A stretch of 63,850 nucleotides of DNA, filler included, from Nanobdellota archaeon (GTDB lineage: Archaea > Nanobdellota > Nanobdellia > B33-G15): assembly GCA_003660925.1 (NCBI GenBank). It is 10 parts of 10 records of this genome, joined end to end, with 100 filler letters (N's around TTAATTAATTAA, not from the genome) between each part and the next. Parts side by side here need not be neighbours in the genome. Positions count along the whole stretch, not along the records: positions 7,649 to 14,795 come from QMVD01000035.1; positions 14,896 to 22,017 come from QMVD01000036.1; 8 more parts are not named here. The stretch is one strand, 5' to 3'. Of the stretch, positions 9,074 through 19,109 are shown one piece after another; position 1 is the stretch's first letter, and every line of letters starts with the position of its first letter. The notes below the pieces were generated by a model. That model had not been told where the DNA came from. It made no database searches and worked only from the letters and a program-made list of their open reading frames with translations. A program made the position numbers and the translations under genes.

Positions 9074-10846
9074 ATGCAAGATAGAGTCCTGGTCATAGGT
9101 ATCGATGCGATGGACCCGAGGATCGTTGATAGGTTAGACCTCCCGAACTTGAAAAGTCTTGAGACCTACAGGCGCCTAGAGACGACGATCCCACCAGAGA
9201 CCCCTGTGGCGTGGAGTGCAGCATCAACTGGGTCAAATCCTGGTAGATATGGGATCTTCGACTTTATCAATAGGGACCCAAAGACATATCTCCCGAGACT
9301 AAATCTCGCTGAGGAGAAACATGGATTGGTAGGAATGAAGTTCTCTTGCGCGATGAAAGGTGTGCCTTTCTGGAGGATATTAAATGAGAAGGACATCAAG
9401 ACGACAGTCATAAGGTGGCCCGTGACCTTCCCCGCCGAGAAGGTGAAAGGAAGGATGCTGTCAGGTTTAGGGGTCGTGGACATAAAAGGGATGCTCAACA
9501 GTTACTCTTACTACACCGACGAGGATTTGGGGGAGGATGTGGAGGGGAAGGAAAAAATCATACGGGTCACGATCAAGAACAATTTGATAGAAACCTACAT
9601 CTCAGGACCGTTGATAAGAAAAGGTAGTGAAATAAGGGACGTGAGGGTTCCGATGAAGATTATGTTAAAAGAAGGAGGGGCGGTCATCAACGTCCAAAAT
9701 CAGGAGTTTTTCTTGAAACCGAAGCAGTGGAGCCAAATGATAAGGGTGAAGTTCAAACTCAGGCCCTTCTCTCACGTGTACGGGATAATGAAGTTCTACC
9801 TCATATCCATTAGGCCGACGTTCAAGATGTACATGACTTCAGTACAGATAGATCCTGAAAATCAAGTGGTGGACATCACTTATCCAAGAGAGTATGGGAA
9901 GGAGCTCGTCAGAGAAATTGGGCTGTTTTACACCCTGGGAATGCCTGAGGACACCAAGGCCGTCACCGAGAACAAGTTGAGCGAGAGGGTATTCCTCGAA
10001 CAAGTCAAACAAATCGAAGAGGAAAGGAGGAAGATGTTCTTTTACGAGTTCGAAAGGTTTGAGGATGGGCTCTACGCTTTCGTCTTCGACGCGGGGGATA
10101 GATTAGAGCACATATTTTGGAGAAAAATGGACTTGGATAGCAGGAACTTCGAGGTCCCGAAGGAGATAGAGGAATATTACGTGGAGAAGGACAGGTTCAT
10201 CGGAGAGGTGCTCTCGAGGTTGGATGATGACGTGAAACTGATCATATTCTCCGATCATGGATTCAGCAATTTTGAGAGGCAGGTCAATGTGAACTCGTGG
10301 CTCGTCGAGGAAGGTTACATGAGTTTGAAAGGTGATACCTCGGGCACCTTATTCGAATTCGTGGATTGGGAGAACACGCAAGCGTACTCTTTGGGGTTCA
10401 CAAGTTTATACGTAAACTTGAAAGGGAGAGAGGGGAAAGGCATTGTCGATGAAGCGGAGAAATGTGACTTAATAGAGGAGATATCTAAAAAGTTAAGGAA
10501 GCTCAAAGATGGGAGTAGACGCGTCTTCACGAACGTCTACAAGGGTGAGGAAATTTATGAGGGGAGGTATTCCCATCTCGCTCCTGACTTGGTGTTGGGT
10601 TTCTCGCCTGGATACAGGATGTCTTGGAGAAGTGCGGTCGGTGCCTTGGATCCCCAAGTGATCTTCGATAACAAGGGTAAGTGGAGGGGGGATCACTTGG
10701 TTGATAGAAGCCATGTGCCAGGGGTCCTATTCGCGAATTTCAAGACTAAGGAGAAAAATCCGAACATAATAGATATCGCTCCCACCGTACTCAAGCTTTT
10801 TGATGTGGAAATTCCGAGATATATGGACGGGAAGGCCCTGATTTAA
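9074..10846 (+). CDS. Alkaline phosphatase superfamily, type I phosphodiesterase/nucleotide pyrophosphatase
   Basis: IGIDAMD, TTIPPETPVAWS, TGSNPG, SDHGF, GDH, DIAPTVL. Confidence 0.88.
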   Translation: MQDRVLVIGIDAMDPRIVDRLDLPNLKSLETYRRLETTIPPETPVAWSAASTGSNPGRYGIFDFINRDPKTYLPRLNLAEEKHGLVGMKFSCAMKGVPFWRILNEKDIKTTVIRWPVTFPAEKVKGRMLSGLGVVDIKGMLNSYSYYTDEDLGEDVEGKEKIIRVTIKNNLIETYISGPLIRKGSEIRDVRVPMKIMLKEGGAVINVQNQEFFLKPKQWSQMIRVKFKLRPFSHVYGIMKFYLISIRPTFKMYMTSVQIDPENQVVDITYPREYGKELVREIGLFYTLGMPEDTKAVTENKLSERVFLEQVKQIEEERRKMFFYEFERFEDGLYAFVFDAGDRLEHIFWRKMDLDSRNFEVPKEIEEYYVEKDRFIGEVLSRLDDDVKLIIFSDHGFSNFERQVNVNSWLVEEGYMSLKGDTSGTLFEFVDWENTQAYSLGFTSLYVNLKGREGKGIVDEAEKCDLIEEISKKLRKLKDGSRRVFTNVYKGEEIYEGRYSHLAPDLVLGFSPGYRMSWRSAVGALDPQVIFDNKGKWRGDHLVDRSHVPGVLFANFKTKEKNPNIIDIAPTVLKLFDVEIPRYMDGKALI

Positions 10847-10876
10847 GCTGAGGAAAGGTTTAAATATGTTAATGTT

Positions 10877-11110
10877 GTGACATTAAAAATTATGACAAAG
10901 AAAAAAGCCATGAAGAGAAAGCATACGACGATATCCATACCCAAACCCTTGTACGAAAGGATTAAGAAGAGGTTAAGAAATACGGGCTTTTCCTCGGTCT
11001 CCTCTTACGTCACTTATGTCCTAAGAGAGATAGAAGCCAACATCAGCAGGAAGGGAAAGGAAAACAGGGAAAGGATCGAGGAGAAGCTCAGGGCTTTGGG
11101 CTATCTCTGA
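10877..11110 (+). CDS. CopG/ribbon-helix-helix protein (start may be a downstream ATG)
   Basis: TTISIPKPLYERIK...TGFSSVSSYVTYVLRE; ends EKLRALGYL. Confidence 0.85.
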   Translation: MTLKIMTKKKAMKRKHTTISIPKPLYERIKKRLRNTGFSSVSSYVTYVLREIEANISRKGKENRERIEEKLRALGYL

Positions 11111-11127
11111 AATGGGGGGATGAAAAA

Positions 11128-11928
11128 ATGAACGACCTTAAGGAGCTGGAAAAGAAAAGTATATACATCATAAGAGAAGCATATGCGCAGTTCAAGAATG
11201 TCGTCGTTCTTTGGAGCACAGGGAAGGACTCAACTACTGCCCTCGCGCTTTGCAGGAAGGCTTTTGATGGGAAGATCCCCTTCCCTGTAGTTCACATAGA
11301 CACGAGTTATAAGTTTCCGGAGATGTACGAATTCAGGGACAGGATCGCGAAGGAATGGGGTTTTGACTTGCACGTCGTGAGAAATGAAGAGGCTTTAAGG
11401 AAGGGGATGGGGCCTCACAAGGGAAAGTTAGTTTGTTGTAATGCACTCAAGACTGAAGCTTTGAAACAATACATACTGAGGAACAAAGTCGACGCCGTCA
11501 TCGTGGCGATAAGGCGGGACGAGCATGGGATAAGGGCAAAAGAGAGGGTGTTTTCCCCAAGGGATGAAAATTTCAGGTGGGCATACAAGGAGCAGGAGCC
11601 GGAGATGTGGGACATCTACCTGTCCCAGTCAAAGGACAAGACACACGTAAGGGTCCACCCCATGCTGGAGTGGACGGAAATAGATGTGTGGAGGTACGTG
11701 AGGAAGGAGAACCTTCCCGTGAATCCCCTGTACTTCGCGAGGAACGGGAAGAGATACAGGAGCTTAGGTTGCCAGCCGTGCACCGTTCCCATCGAGTCCA
11801 ACGCGAAGACTGTCGATGAGATAATTGAGGAGCTGAAGAAGACTGACATACCCGAGAGGAGCGGGAGGGCACAAGATAAGGAAAGGGCATACATGATGCA
11901 GAAATTGAGGAGCTTAGGATACATGTGA
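11128..11928 (+). CDS. cysD: Sulfate adenylyltransferase subunit 2
   Basis: SIYIIREA, STGKDS PP-loop, HIDT.YKF.EM, RRDE...RAKERVFS.R, RVHP, RSLGC.PCT, ER.GRAQD. Confidence 0.92.
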   Translation: MNDLKELEKKSIYIIREAYAQFKNVVVLWSTGKDSTTALALCRKAFDGKIPFPVVHIDTSYKFPEMYEFRDRIAKEWGFDLHVVRNEEALRKGMGPHKGKLVCCNALKTEALKQYILRNKVDAVIVAIRRDEHGIRAKERVFSPRDENFRWAYKEQEPEMWDIYLSQSKDKTHVRVHPMLEWTEIDVWRYVRKENLPVNPLYFARNGKRYRSLGCQPCTVPIESNAKTVDEIIEELKKTDIPERSGRAQDKERAYMMQKLRSLGYM

Positions 11929-11934
11929 GGGTAA

Positions 11935-13137
11935 ATGAAGGAGAAGATGAACGTAGTGGTGATAGGACATATCGACCACGGGAAATCTACTTTGTTGGGA
12001 AGACTTCTCTACGATTCGGGAACCATCAAGAAAAGGGTGTTAGAAGAGATAAGGAAAACTGTGGAGGAAAGTTTCGGGAAGTTCGAATATGCCCACATAT
12101 TAGACACCCTCCAAGAAGAAAGGGAGGGCCACATGACCATAGACATAATGCACACGTGGTTCAGCACGGATAAGAGAGAGTACACCTTCATCGATTGCCC
12201 GGGACATCACGAGTTCGTCAGGAACATGCTCACAGGGGCTTCCAAGGCGGAGGGAGCGATACTAGTCGTTTCCGTGGTAGAGGGTGTGGAAGATCAGACG
12301 AGGGAACACGCGCTCCTGGCTAAATTCGTCGGGATAGGTCAGTTTTTGATCGCGGTGAATAAGATGGACGCTGTCAAGTGGAAAAGAGAGGAGTATGAAA
12401 GGATTAAGAAAGAAGTCACTGAAATGTTGGAGGAGATAGGCGTCAAAAAATTCGTTTTCGTTCCCATATCAGCCATCCAAGGGGACAACATATTCAAGAA
12501 GAGTAGGCACATGGACTGGCAAGGGAAGACCCTCGTCGAGGTCATGGACGAGTTCTTCGAAGTGCCGAAAAAGAAGGGAAATGAACCTAACCTAGGCGTC
12601 GTTCAATATTCTTTTGATGATAAGATAGTTGGGAGAGTAGAGTCCGGCTCTTTTAAGAGAGGAGATGAACTGTTGTTCGAGCCGTCCGGGCTGAGGGGGG
12701 TAGTGGAAGAGATGAGTGTCTGTGGGGAACCCTGTGAGGAAGCTTCTTCAGGAGATGTGGTCGAGCTTAGGGTGTCCGGCATGAAGGGCAAGGTTTCCAG
12801 GGGGGAAGTTTTTGCTCATGCCTACCTCCCTAAGAAGAAGGAGGAGATCATCGGGGAAATCTTTACTTTCACGGAACTCTTCCCTGGGAAGGGTTACGTG
12901 CTTCACCGTGGCACCGCTCAAGTGAAGTGCAGGATCTCTGAGATCCTCGAGAAGATGGACCCAAGGAAGCTCTCGAAGACTAAGGGAGGTGTGGTGGAAA
13001 AGTCCATGCTCGCGAGAGTGAGGATCTCAATGGAAGAACCCATCGTCATCGAAGATTTCACGAAGGTCCCGTCCCTTGGAAGATTCGTCATAACCGGCCC
13101 TGAGGGAATCGTCTGTGCTGGCAAGTACGTCGGCTAG
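11935..13137 (+). CDS. cysN: Sulfate adenylyltransferase GTPase subunit 1 (CysN-like)
   Basis: [44 protein letters not shown]; directly after cysD. Confidence 0.82.
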   Translation: MKEKMNVVVIGHIDHGKSTLLGRLLYDSGTIKKRVLEEIRKTVEESFGKFEYAHILDTLQEEREGHMTIDIMHTWFSTDKREYTFIDCPGHHEFVRNMLTGASKAEGAILVVSVVEGVEDQTREHALLAKFVGIGQFLIAVNKMDAVKWKREEYERIKKEVTEMLEEIGVKKFVFVPISAIQGDNIFKKSRHMDWQGKTLVEVMDEFFEVPKKKGNEPNLGVVQYSFDDKIVGRVESGSFKRGDELLFEPSGLRGVVEEMSVCGEPCEEASSGDVVELRVSGMKGKVSRGEVFAHAYLPKKKEEIIGEIFTFTELFPGKGYVLHRGTAQVKCRISEILEKMDPRKLSKTKGGVVEKSMLARVRISMEEPIVIEDFTKVPSLGRFVITGPEGIVCAGKYVG

Positions 13138-13178
13138 TTTTTGTAAAAATTTATTAAAATTGTCTCAATATTGAATCA

Positions 13179-14795
13179 GTGTTCGAAATGAGAGCGGTGG
13201 AGCACCTAAAATTAGCGACGTTCACGGGTTTTCTAGTGGGTTTGTTCCTCGGAACAGTGGACTTTTTGGCGAGGATCATCGTCTGGAGCTTCGAATGGTT
13301 TGAACTCTACTTGAGCCTGTTCACATCAATCTTGATCGTGATGCCTCTCTTCACCACCCTGGGCCTTCTTATGGAGCTCGTCAGGAGAGCTGTGAAATTT
13401 AAGTTTGACCGTAAGAGAGCGCGCCTGTTCTACTTTTCGAGCTCGATAGCCTTTCTCTTGTGCTTCTATGGCTTGTCCATAGTGAACAGTTTCATCTTGC
13501 ACTTCAAGACCTTCAGAGATCCCTTGGCCCTTAAGTTGAGCTCACTTGTCTTCGTGTTTTCAGGAGCGGTTTTCCTCTCCCTCTTGCTCAAAGGAGATGA
13601 ATTAGCCTCTAAGGCCTTCTCCCTGCTCTCTTATCTCAAGAGGAAAAAGATACTTGAGAACTACGTCTTCTTCGTATTCGCCTTCATCATCATCTCCTTC
13701 TTCATGGATATCTTCCTCTTGAATTACATCCCTACTTTGAAATCAAGTGAGGAAGTGAGAAACTACCCGAATGTTATCTTGATAACCTTGGACACGTTGA
13801 GGGCCGACCATCTTTCCCTCTATGGTTACCCCTTGAACACGACACCAAATCTCGATAGGATAGCTGAAGATGCGGTCGTCTTCGAGGACGCCATAGCAAC
13901 GTCCTCATGGACGCTGCCCTCACATGCATCCATCTTCACGGGAAGGTATCCTTATCACCACGGAGCTACAGCGAGACATCAACTGTTGCGTCATGAGGAG
14001 AAGCTCCTAGCGGAAATATTGAGGGAGAAGGGATACGTGACCGCGGGATTCGTGGGAGGGCCCTTCTGCAAGGCGAAGTATGGAATCGCGCAGGGTTTCA
14101 TGTTCTACGATGATAGGCTCGACTTCTTCGAGTACTGGCACACATTTGACAAACTGTACATAGGAAGGATCTTTCACGTGGCCTTCCCTGACATCGACAA
14201 GTTCATCTTCAGGTCGGATGGGGAAAGGTCTTCAGAGGAGATAAATAGAAGGGTGTTCAAATGGCTCGAGAAGAACAAAGATCAGACCTTTTTCATGTTC
14301 ATAAACTACTTCGACACCCACATGCCTTACAACCTCGGTAAGGAATTTAAGGAAAGGTTCACGAACGATACGAGGAGCTATAAAGATGTCGTGAAGATCT
14401 TCGCTTTGAAGAGAAACGAAGAGGTTTCGGAAGAAGATGTTGATTTCATAGCTAGCCTTTATGACACTGAGATCTTCCATTTGGATCACCACCTCGAGGA
14501 ATTATTTGATGAGCTCGATGAACTTGGCATAAAGAATGACACGATCATTATCATAACCTCGGATCACGGCGAGGAATTTCATGATCATGGAGGTTTCGGA
14601 CATGGGTGGACCCTGTATCAAGAGGTGGTTCACGTTCCCCTCATCATTTACTATCCAAAAGAGTTCTCTCCTAAGAGGATTGAGGAGAGGGTAAGCCTCA
14701 CCGACCTCTTCCCCACCATACTGGACGTCCTTGGGATGGATACTCCTGAAAACATAGATGGTGTCAGCCTCCTACCGCTGATAAAGGGCGACGGA
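13179..14795 (+). CDS. Membrane-anchored sulfatase-like hydrolase/transferase (3' truncated)
   Basis: About 5 N-terminal TM helices, then PNVILITLDTLRADH, WTLPSHASIFTG, DTHMPY, SDHGE. Confidence 0.88.
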
Positions 14796-14895
14796 NNNNN
14801 NNNNNNNNNNNNNNNNNNNNNNNNNNNNNNNNNNNNNNNTTAATTAATTAANNNNNNNNNNNNNNNNNNNNNNNNNNNNNNNNNNNNNNNNNNNN
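14796..14895. other. Artificial contig linker
   Basis: N44-TTAATTAATTAA-N44. Confidence 0.99.
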
Positions 14896-14897
14896 CT

Positions 14898-15263
14898 GAA
14901 GGGGGGACCATAAACAAGGAGGGAACGTATCTCACCTTCCTCTATATAAACTCCACTGGTTACAACATCAACGTGCTCGGGAGAGAAGTGGAAAAGATCG
15001 GAACCTTGGGAGAGAGTGAGATGGGGGTTTTAATGGCAAAGGCTGCCCAGGTTGGGAACAAACAAAAGGTAGAATTTTGGCTCATGTTCAGGCCCTTGAA
15101 AGATCCTATAACCGGGAACCTCAATCGGATAAACATAACGTGTAGTGAGGGGTGTCTCGCCCTCTCCGGGAGGCACACCATTCAAATTTCTAGGAGCGCA
15201 CAGAACACCTATCTCGGGGAATACTCCACGACCGAATCAATAATAAATATAAAAATCACTTAA
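14898..15263 (+). CDS. Hypothetical extracellular-type protein, C-terminal part (5' truncated)
   Basis: Open from the contig edge; N-x-S/T sequons; precedes the pilus ATPase. Confidence 0.55.
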   Translation, partial: EGGTINKEGTYLTFLYINSTGYNINVLGREVEKIGTLGESEMGVLMAKAAQVGNKQKVEFWLMFRPLKDPITGNLNRINITCSEGCLALSGRHTIQISRSAQNTYLGEYSTTESIINIKIT

Positions 15264-15272
15264 GGATATATC

Positions 15273-17147
15273 ATGCCCCTTCGTATATATAAGAGAATCG
15301 GAGCTAGGATATCCAGCGTTAAGAATAAGAGGAAGGAGGAAGAAGAAAAAGCCACCAAAGTTGTGGTGGTCCCTGAGGTCAGAACCATACCCGTGAGGGC
15401 AAATGTCACCGAAATTAAGTTAGGCACTGGTCCAGCCATGGCTCCCTCACCTCCCCCTGAGACCACTCGACCCCAACCTTCAGCCCCTCCTGCTCAGGCT
15501 CAGCCTGTCCCCGTCCCTATCCCTACAGCGCCTTCTCCCCAAGTGGTGGAGAGGAGATCCGTACTAAGGGAAAAGTACGAGGCTGTTCCGCTTAAGATAG
15601 TAGAGAAGGAGTTGCCCCCCCTCAGGATGGAGGAAGAACTCCTAGAAAAATTGCAGTCCATAGATGAGAGGTATCCCCTGATAACCATTCAGTACAAGGG
15701 GAGGAAGATAACTGCTGCGTGGGCTAACATCAGGTGGGAACCCAGAATCCATTCCCTGATCTACATAGTACATGAGCCACTCCTCACCAGGGAGGAGTTG
15801 GAGAAACTGAGCGAGATAAAGGTTCTGTTGAGGGAGAAACTGGATATAGACTTCTCTAAGGTGAAGCTCGAAAGTGCCTACAAGTACCTCATGGAAAAAT
15901 TCAACAGCATCTCGAAGGAGTTGGGCATAAAGCTAGAGGAGAAGCAGAAGTTAAAGTTTCAATATTATCTCTATCGGGATTTCATAGGATTAGGTAAGAT
16001 AGAACCTTTGATGCATGACAAGAACATAGAGGACATCTCCTGCGATGGTGTGAACATTCCAGTCTTCATCTATCACAGGAATCCCCTCTACGGTCAGCTG
16101 AGGACGAACATAGTATTCAAGACCAAGGAAGAGTTGGATTCCTTCGTCCTGAAGCTTGCCCAGAAGTGTGGGAGGACTTTGACCATCGCCCAGCCCCTCC
16201 TAGATGGTGCCCTACCAGATGGCTCCAGAGTTCAGGCCACCTTAGGAACCGACATAGCTAGGAGGGGGAGCAACTTCACCATAAGGAAGTTCCCAGAGAA
16301 TCCGTTTACCCCTGTAGATCTAATAAACTACGGGACCGCGAGCCCAGAGCTCATGGCCTACCTCTGGTTGTGCATAGAGAACGGGTTATCCGTCCTAATA
16401 GCTGGGGCAACCGCTACTGGTAAGACGTCTTTCCTGAACGCCTTGAGCCTCTTCATAAAGCCAGAGATGAAGGTGATAAGCATAGAGGACACCCCTGAGT
16501 TGCAGCTCCCTCACCCCAACTGGATACCAGAAGTGGCGAGGGTTGGGTTTGGGGTGAAGGGATATGGAGAGGTCTCCATGTTCGACCTCCTTAAGGCTGC
16601 CTTAAGGCAGAGGCCAGACTATGTGATCGTCGGAGAGGTCAGAGGGGCAGAGGCCTACGTCATGTTCCAGGGCATGGCAACGGGACACCCGGGATTGGGG
16701 ACCCTGCACGCGGATAGCTTGCCAGCAGTGATAGATAGGCTCACGACAAAACCTATAAACCTGCCCATGGCCATGTTGGAGAACTTGGACATCATAGTCT
16801 TTCTCATCCTCACCAAAAGGAGAGGGCATTACATAAGGAGGGTGAGTGAGGTCGTGGAGATCATAGGGTACGACTACGCCTTAAAGGACTTGATAACTAA
16901 CGTCGCTTTCAGGTGGGACCCCCAAACCGATACCTTCGTCCTCCTGAAGAGCATCTTGTTGGACAAGATAAGGGAAAGGATGGGAATGAGCATAGACGAA
17001 TTGAAGCATGAACTCGTCAGGAGGGCAAAAGTCTTGAGGTGGATGGTGAAAAATAACCTCTCGGACTACAGGAAATTCGCCAGAGTGATCGCCGCCTATT
17101 ATGCCAATCCGAAGCTAGTGGAGGATATGATGGGAGGAGAGGTATGA
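15273..17147 (+). CDS. Type IV pilus/secretion ATPase (FlaI/PilB-like) with Pro-rich N-terminus
   Basis: GATATGKTS Walker A, IEDTPEL, LRQRPDYVIVGEVRG, TGH...TLHA. Confidence 0.94.
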   Translation: MPLRIYKRIGARISSVKNKRKEEEEKATKVVVVPEVRTIPVRANVTEIKLGTGPAMAPSPPPETTRPQPSAPPAQAQPVPVPIPTAPSPQVVERRSVLREKYEAVPLKIVEKELPPLRMEEELLEKLQSIDERYPLITIQYKGRKITAAWANIRWEPRIHSLIYIVHEPLLTREELEKLSEIKVLLREKLDIDFSKVKLESAYKYLMEKFNSISKELGIKLEEKQKLKFQYYLYRDFIGLGKIEPLMHDKNIEDISCDGVNIPVFIYHRNPLYGQLRTNIVFKTKEELDSFVLKLAQKCGRTLTIAQPLLDGALPDGSRVQATLGTDIARRGSNFTIRKFPENPFTPVDLINYGTASPELMAYLWLCIENGLSVLIAGATATGKTSFLNALSLFIKPEMKVISIEDTPELQLPHPNWIPEVARVGFGVKGYGEVSMFDLLKAALRQRPDYVIVGEVRGAEAYVMFQGMATGHPGLGTLHADSLPAVIDRLTTKPINLPMAMLENLDIIVFLILTKRRGHYIRRVSEVVEIIGYDYALKDLITNVAFRWDPQTDTFVLLKSILLDKIRERMGMSIDELKHELVRRAKVLRWMVKNNLSDYRKFARVIAAYYANPKLVEDMMGGEV

Positions 17148-18007
17148 GCTATGCGGGTATTGCTTATAAGCTGTTCCACAAGGTCGCGAAGAGGTACTCT
17201 TACTTGTTCTCAGACCTCAAGGACGTCCTCAAGCTGGCAGGCCTGCCATACTCCGTGGAAGAATACTTCTGCATTTACCTCCTAACGGCGACCATAGTCG
17301 GGGCCATCTCTTTCCTCTCCGTCTTCCTCATCCTTTCCCTCTTCTTCAACTTCCTGATCTCCCTAGTCGGAGCGTTTTTGGTGACCATCCCCGTGATGGG
17401 GGCTCTCACGCTCTTTTTTCACGTTTATCCCTCCCACCTGAACGCCGCCAAGAGGAAAAAGATAGAGAACATCCTTTACTTCGCCACCGTTTACATGTCC
17501 ACCATAGCGGGTACAGGAGCGCCTCCTCAAACCATCTTTAAGGTCCTAGCTCAATTCGGCGAGTTCGGGGAAATCTCCAAGGTTGCCAACATGATAGTGA
17601 GAGACATAGAAGTCTTGGGGATGGACATAACAGATGCCTTGGAACACGCGGCGGAGAGGTGCCCTTCCGAGAAGCTAAGGGAACTCCTGTGGGGTATGAG
17701 GAGCACCATAACCTCGGGAGGGGACCTGAAGAAGTTCTTGGACGAGAAGGCTAGGGGATTTGCCCAAGCTTATAAGAGGAGATTGGAAGAATTCACTCAC
17801 ACGCTCTCCCTCTTCCTCGAGATCTACATAACCGCTGTGGTGGTGGGATCCGTTTTCATCCTCGTCCTGACGACCATTATGTCCCTGATAGGAGGATTCA
17901 CTCAGCAACTTCAGACCCTGCAGCTATTGCTCATCCTAGTGGGGCTCCCATTGATCACAGCGATTTACATCGTGATGCTCAAATCCATGTCTCCAACTGA
18001 GGTGTGA
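17144..18007 (+). CDS. Type II secretion system F / TadC-like membrane platform protein
   Basis: TM helices, PSEKLRELL..M.STI.SGGDL; follows ATPase. Confidence 0.88.
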   Translation: MSYAGIAYKLFHKVAKRYSYLFSDLKDVLKLAGLPYSVEEYFCIYLLTATIVGAISFLSVFLILSLFFNFLISLVGAFLVTIPVMGALTLFFHVYPSHLNAAKRKKIENILYFATVYMSTIAGTGAPPQTIFKVLAQFGEFGEISKVANMIVRDIEVLGMDITDALEHAAERCPSEKLRELLWGMRSTITSGGDLKKFLDEKARGFAQAYKRRLEEFTHTLSLFLEIYITAVVVGSVFILVLTTIMSLIGGFTQQLQTLQLLLILVGLPLITAIYIVMLKSMSPTEV

Positions 18008-18008
18008 T

Positions 18009-19109
18009 ATGGAGGCCAAATACATCGCCTTGATCGGTTTTGTGGTTGGGATAAATGTTATCGTGTTCTCCGCTATCCTCTTCAACCTGAGCTTTGAGAG
18101 CATCATATACATGATAACGGGGTTGCTTATAGCCGTTTCCGTCCCCTTCTTCATGCACGAATATTTCCTGTTCTCTGCAGCGAAGAAGATGGAGGCTCGC
18201 TTCCCTGACTTCTTGAGGGACGTGTCCGAGGCCATAAGGGCGGGAATGACCATTCCTCAGGCGATCGTGAATGCCTCTAAGGTGAATTACGGCCCCCTGA
18301 CGGACAGCGTGAAGAAGTTGAGTTACATGATAAGCTGGGGTATCCCCTTCCCGGAAGCCTTGAGGAGCTTCATGAGCAAGTTGAGGCACACGCCTTACAT
18401 AAAAAGAGGACTCTCCATAGTCCTCCAGTCCTATTATTCAGGAGGAGATGTGGCCACGACCATGAAGTCCATAGCTGATGCGACCTCAGAGCTTCAAGAG
18501 GTGGAGAAGGACAGGGAATCTTCCTTGAAGCAACAGGTCTTCATAGTTTACGTCATTCACTTCGTGTTCCTCGGGATCATGGTGGCCATGTATAATGTCC
18601 TCATACCCATGATAAGCGCTAGGCCAACGGAGGAGGGGCTCATAAGCTTCGGAACCCCTCCATCTTACGAATACTTCAAGACGCTTTTCTTCTTAACGCT
18701 GACCATCCAGTCCTTTTCTAATGCGCTAGTGGCTGGGCAAACCATGGAGGGCAATTTATTGGCAGGGTTCAAGCACATGGCTGTCATGCTTCCAGTGAGC
18801 CTACTAGCTTACGTCATCTTCATCTTCCCAGTGAAGTTTGAAATAAGCATATCCTTGCCAAAGGAGCAATACGGTCCTGGAGAGGAGATGAGTCTCTTCG
18901 GTGTCGTGAAGTTCGAGGGGACACCGGCAGCGAACGCTGATGTGGAGATAAACCTTGGAGGGAAAACGCTCTCCTTAAAGACGCAGGACAACGGGGAGTT
19001 CAGCGCGGAGCTCACCGCCCCAGGGGAGAAAGGTATATATGACATGACTATCCATTGTACTTACAATGGATACGAGAAGACTGTGGTCAAACAGGTCATG
19101 GTCTCGTAG
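18009..19109 (+). CDS. T2SS F / TadB-C-like platform protein with C-terminal Ig-like domain
   Basis: FPDFLRDV...RAGM, YGPL, SWGIPF.EAL, SGGDV; about 90-aa beta-rich tail. Confidence 0.87.
   Translation: MEAKYIALIGFVVGINVIVFSAILFNLSFESIIYMITGLLIAVSVPFFMHEYFLFSAAKKMEARFPDFLRDVSEAIRAGMTIPQAIVNASKVNYGPLTDSVKKLSYMISWGIPFPEALRSFMSKLRHTPYIKRGLSIVLQSYYSGGDVATTMKSIADATSELQEVEKDRESSLKQQVFIVYVIHFVFLGIMVAMYNVLIPMISARPTEEGLISFGTPPSYEYFKTLFFLTLTIQSFSNALVAGQTMEGNLLAGFKHMAVMLPVSLLAYVIFIFPVKFEISISLPKEQYGPGEEMSLFGVVKFEGTPAANADVEINLGGKTLSLKTQDNGEFSAELTAPGEKGIYDMTIHCTYNGYEKTVVKQVMVS

Noticed and set aside
11128..11928. PAPS/APS reductase (CysH)
   Set aside because: Has CysD-specific motifs (RAKERVFS, ER.GRAQD) and lacks the C-terminal ECGLH
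11935..13137. EF-1alpha or SelB assignment for the translational GTPase
   Set aside because: It lies 6 nt after cysD and its C-terminal barrels look too divergent for EF-1alpha; a CysN role fits better, although a tree is needed
14796..15263. Linkage of the sulfate cluster to the pilus operon
   Set aside because: Separated by an artificial linker; contig order reflects size only
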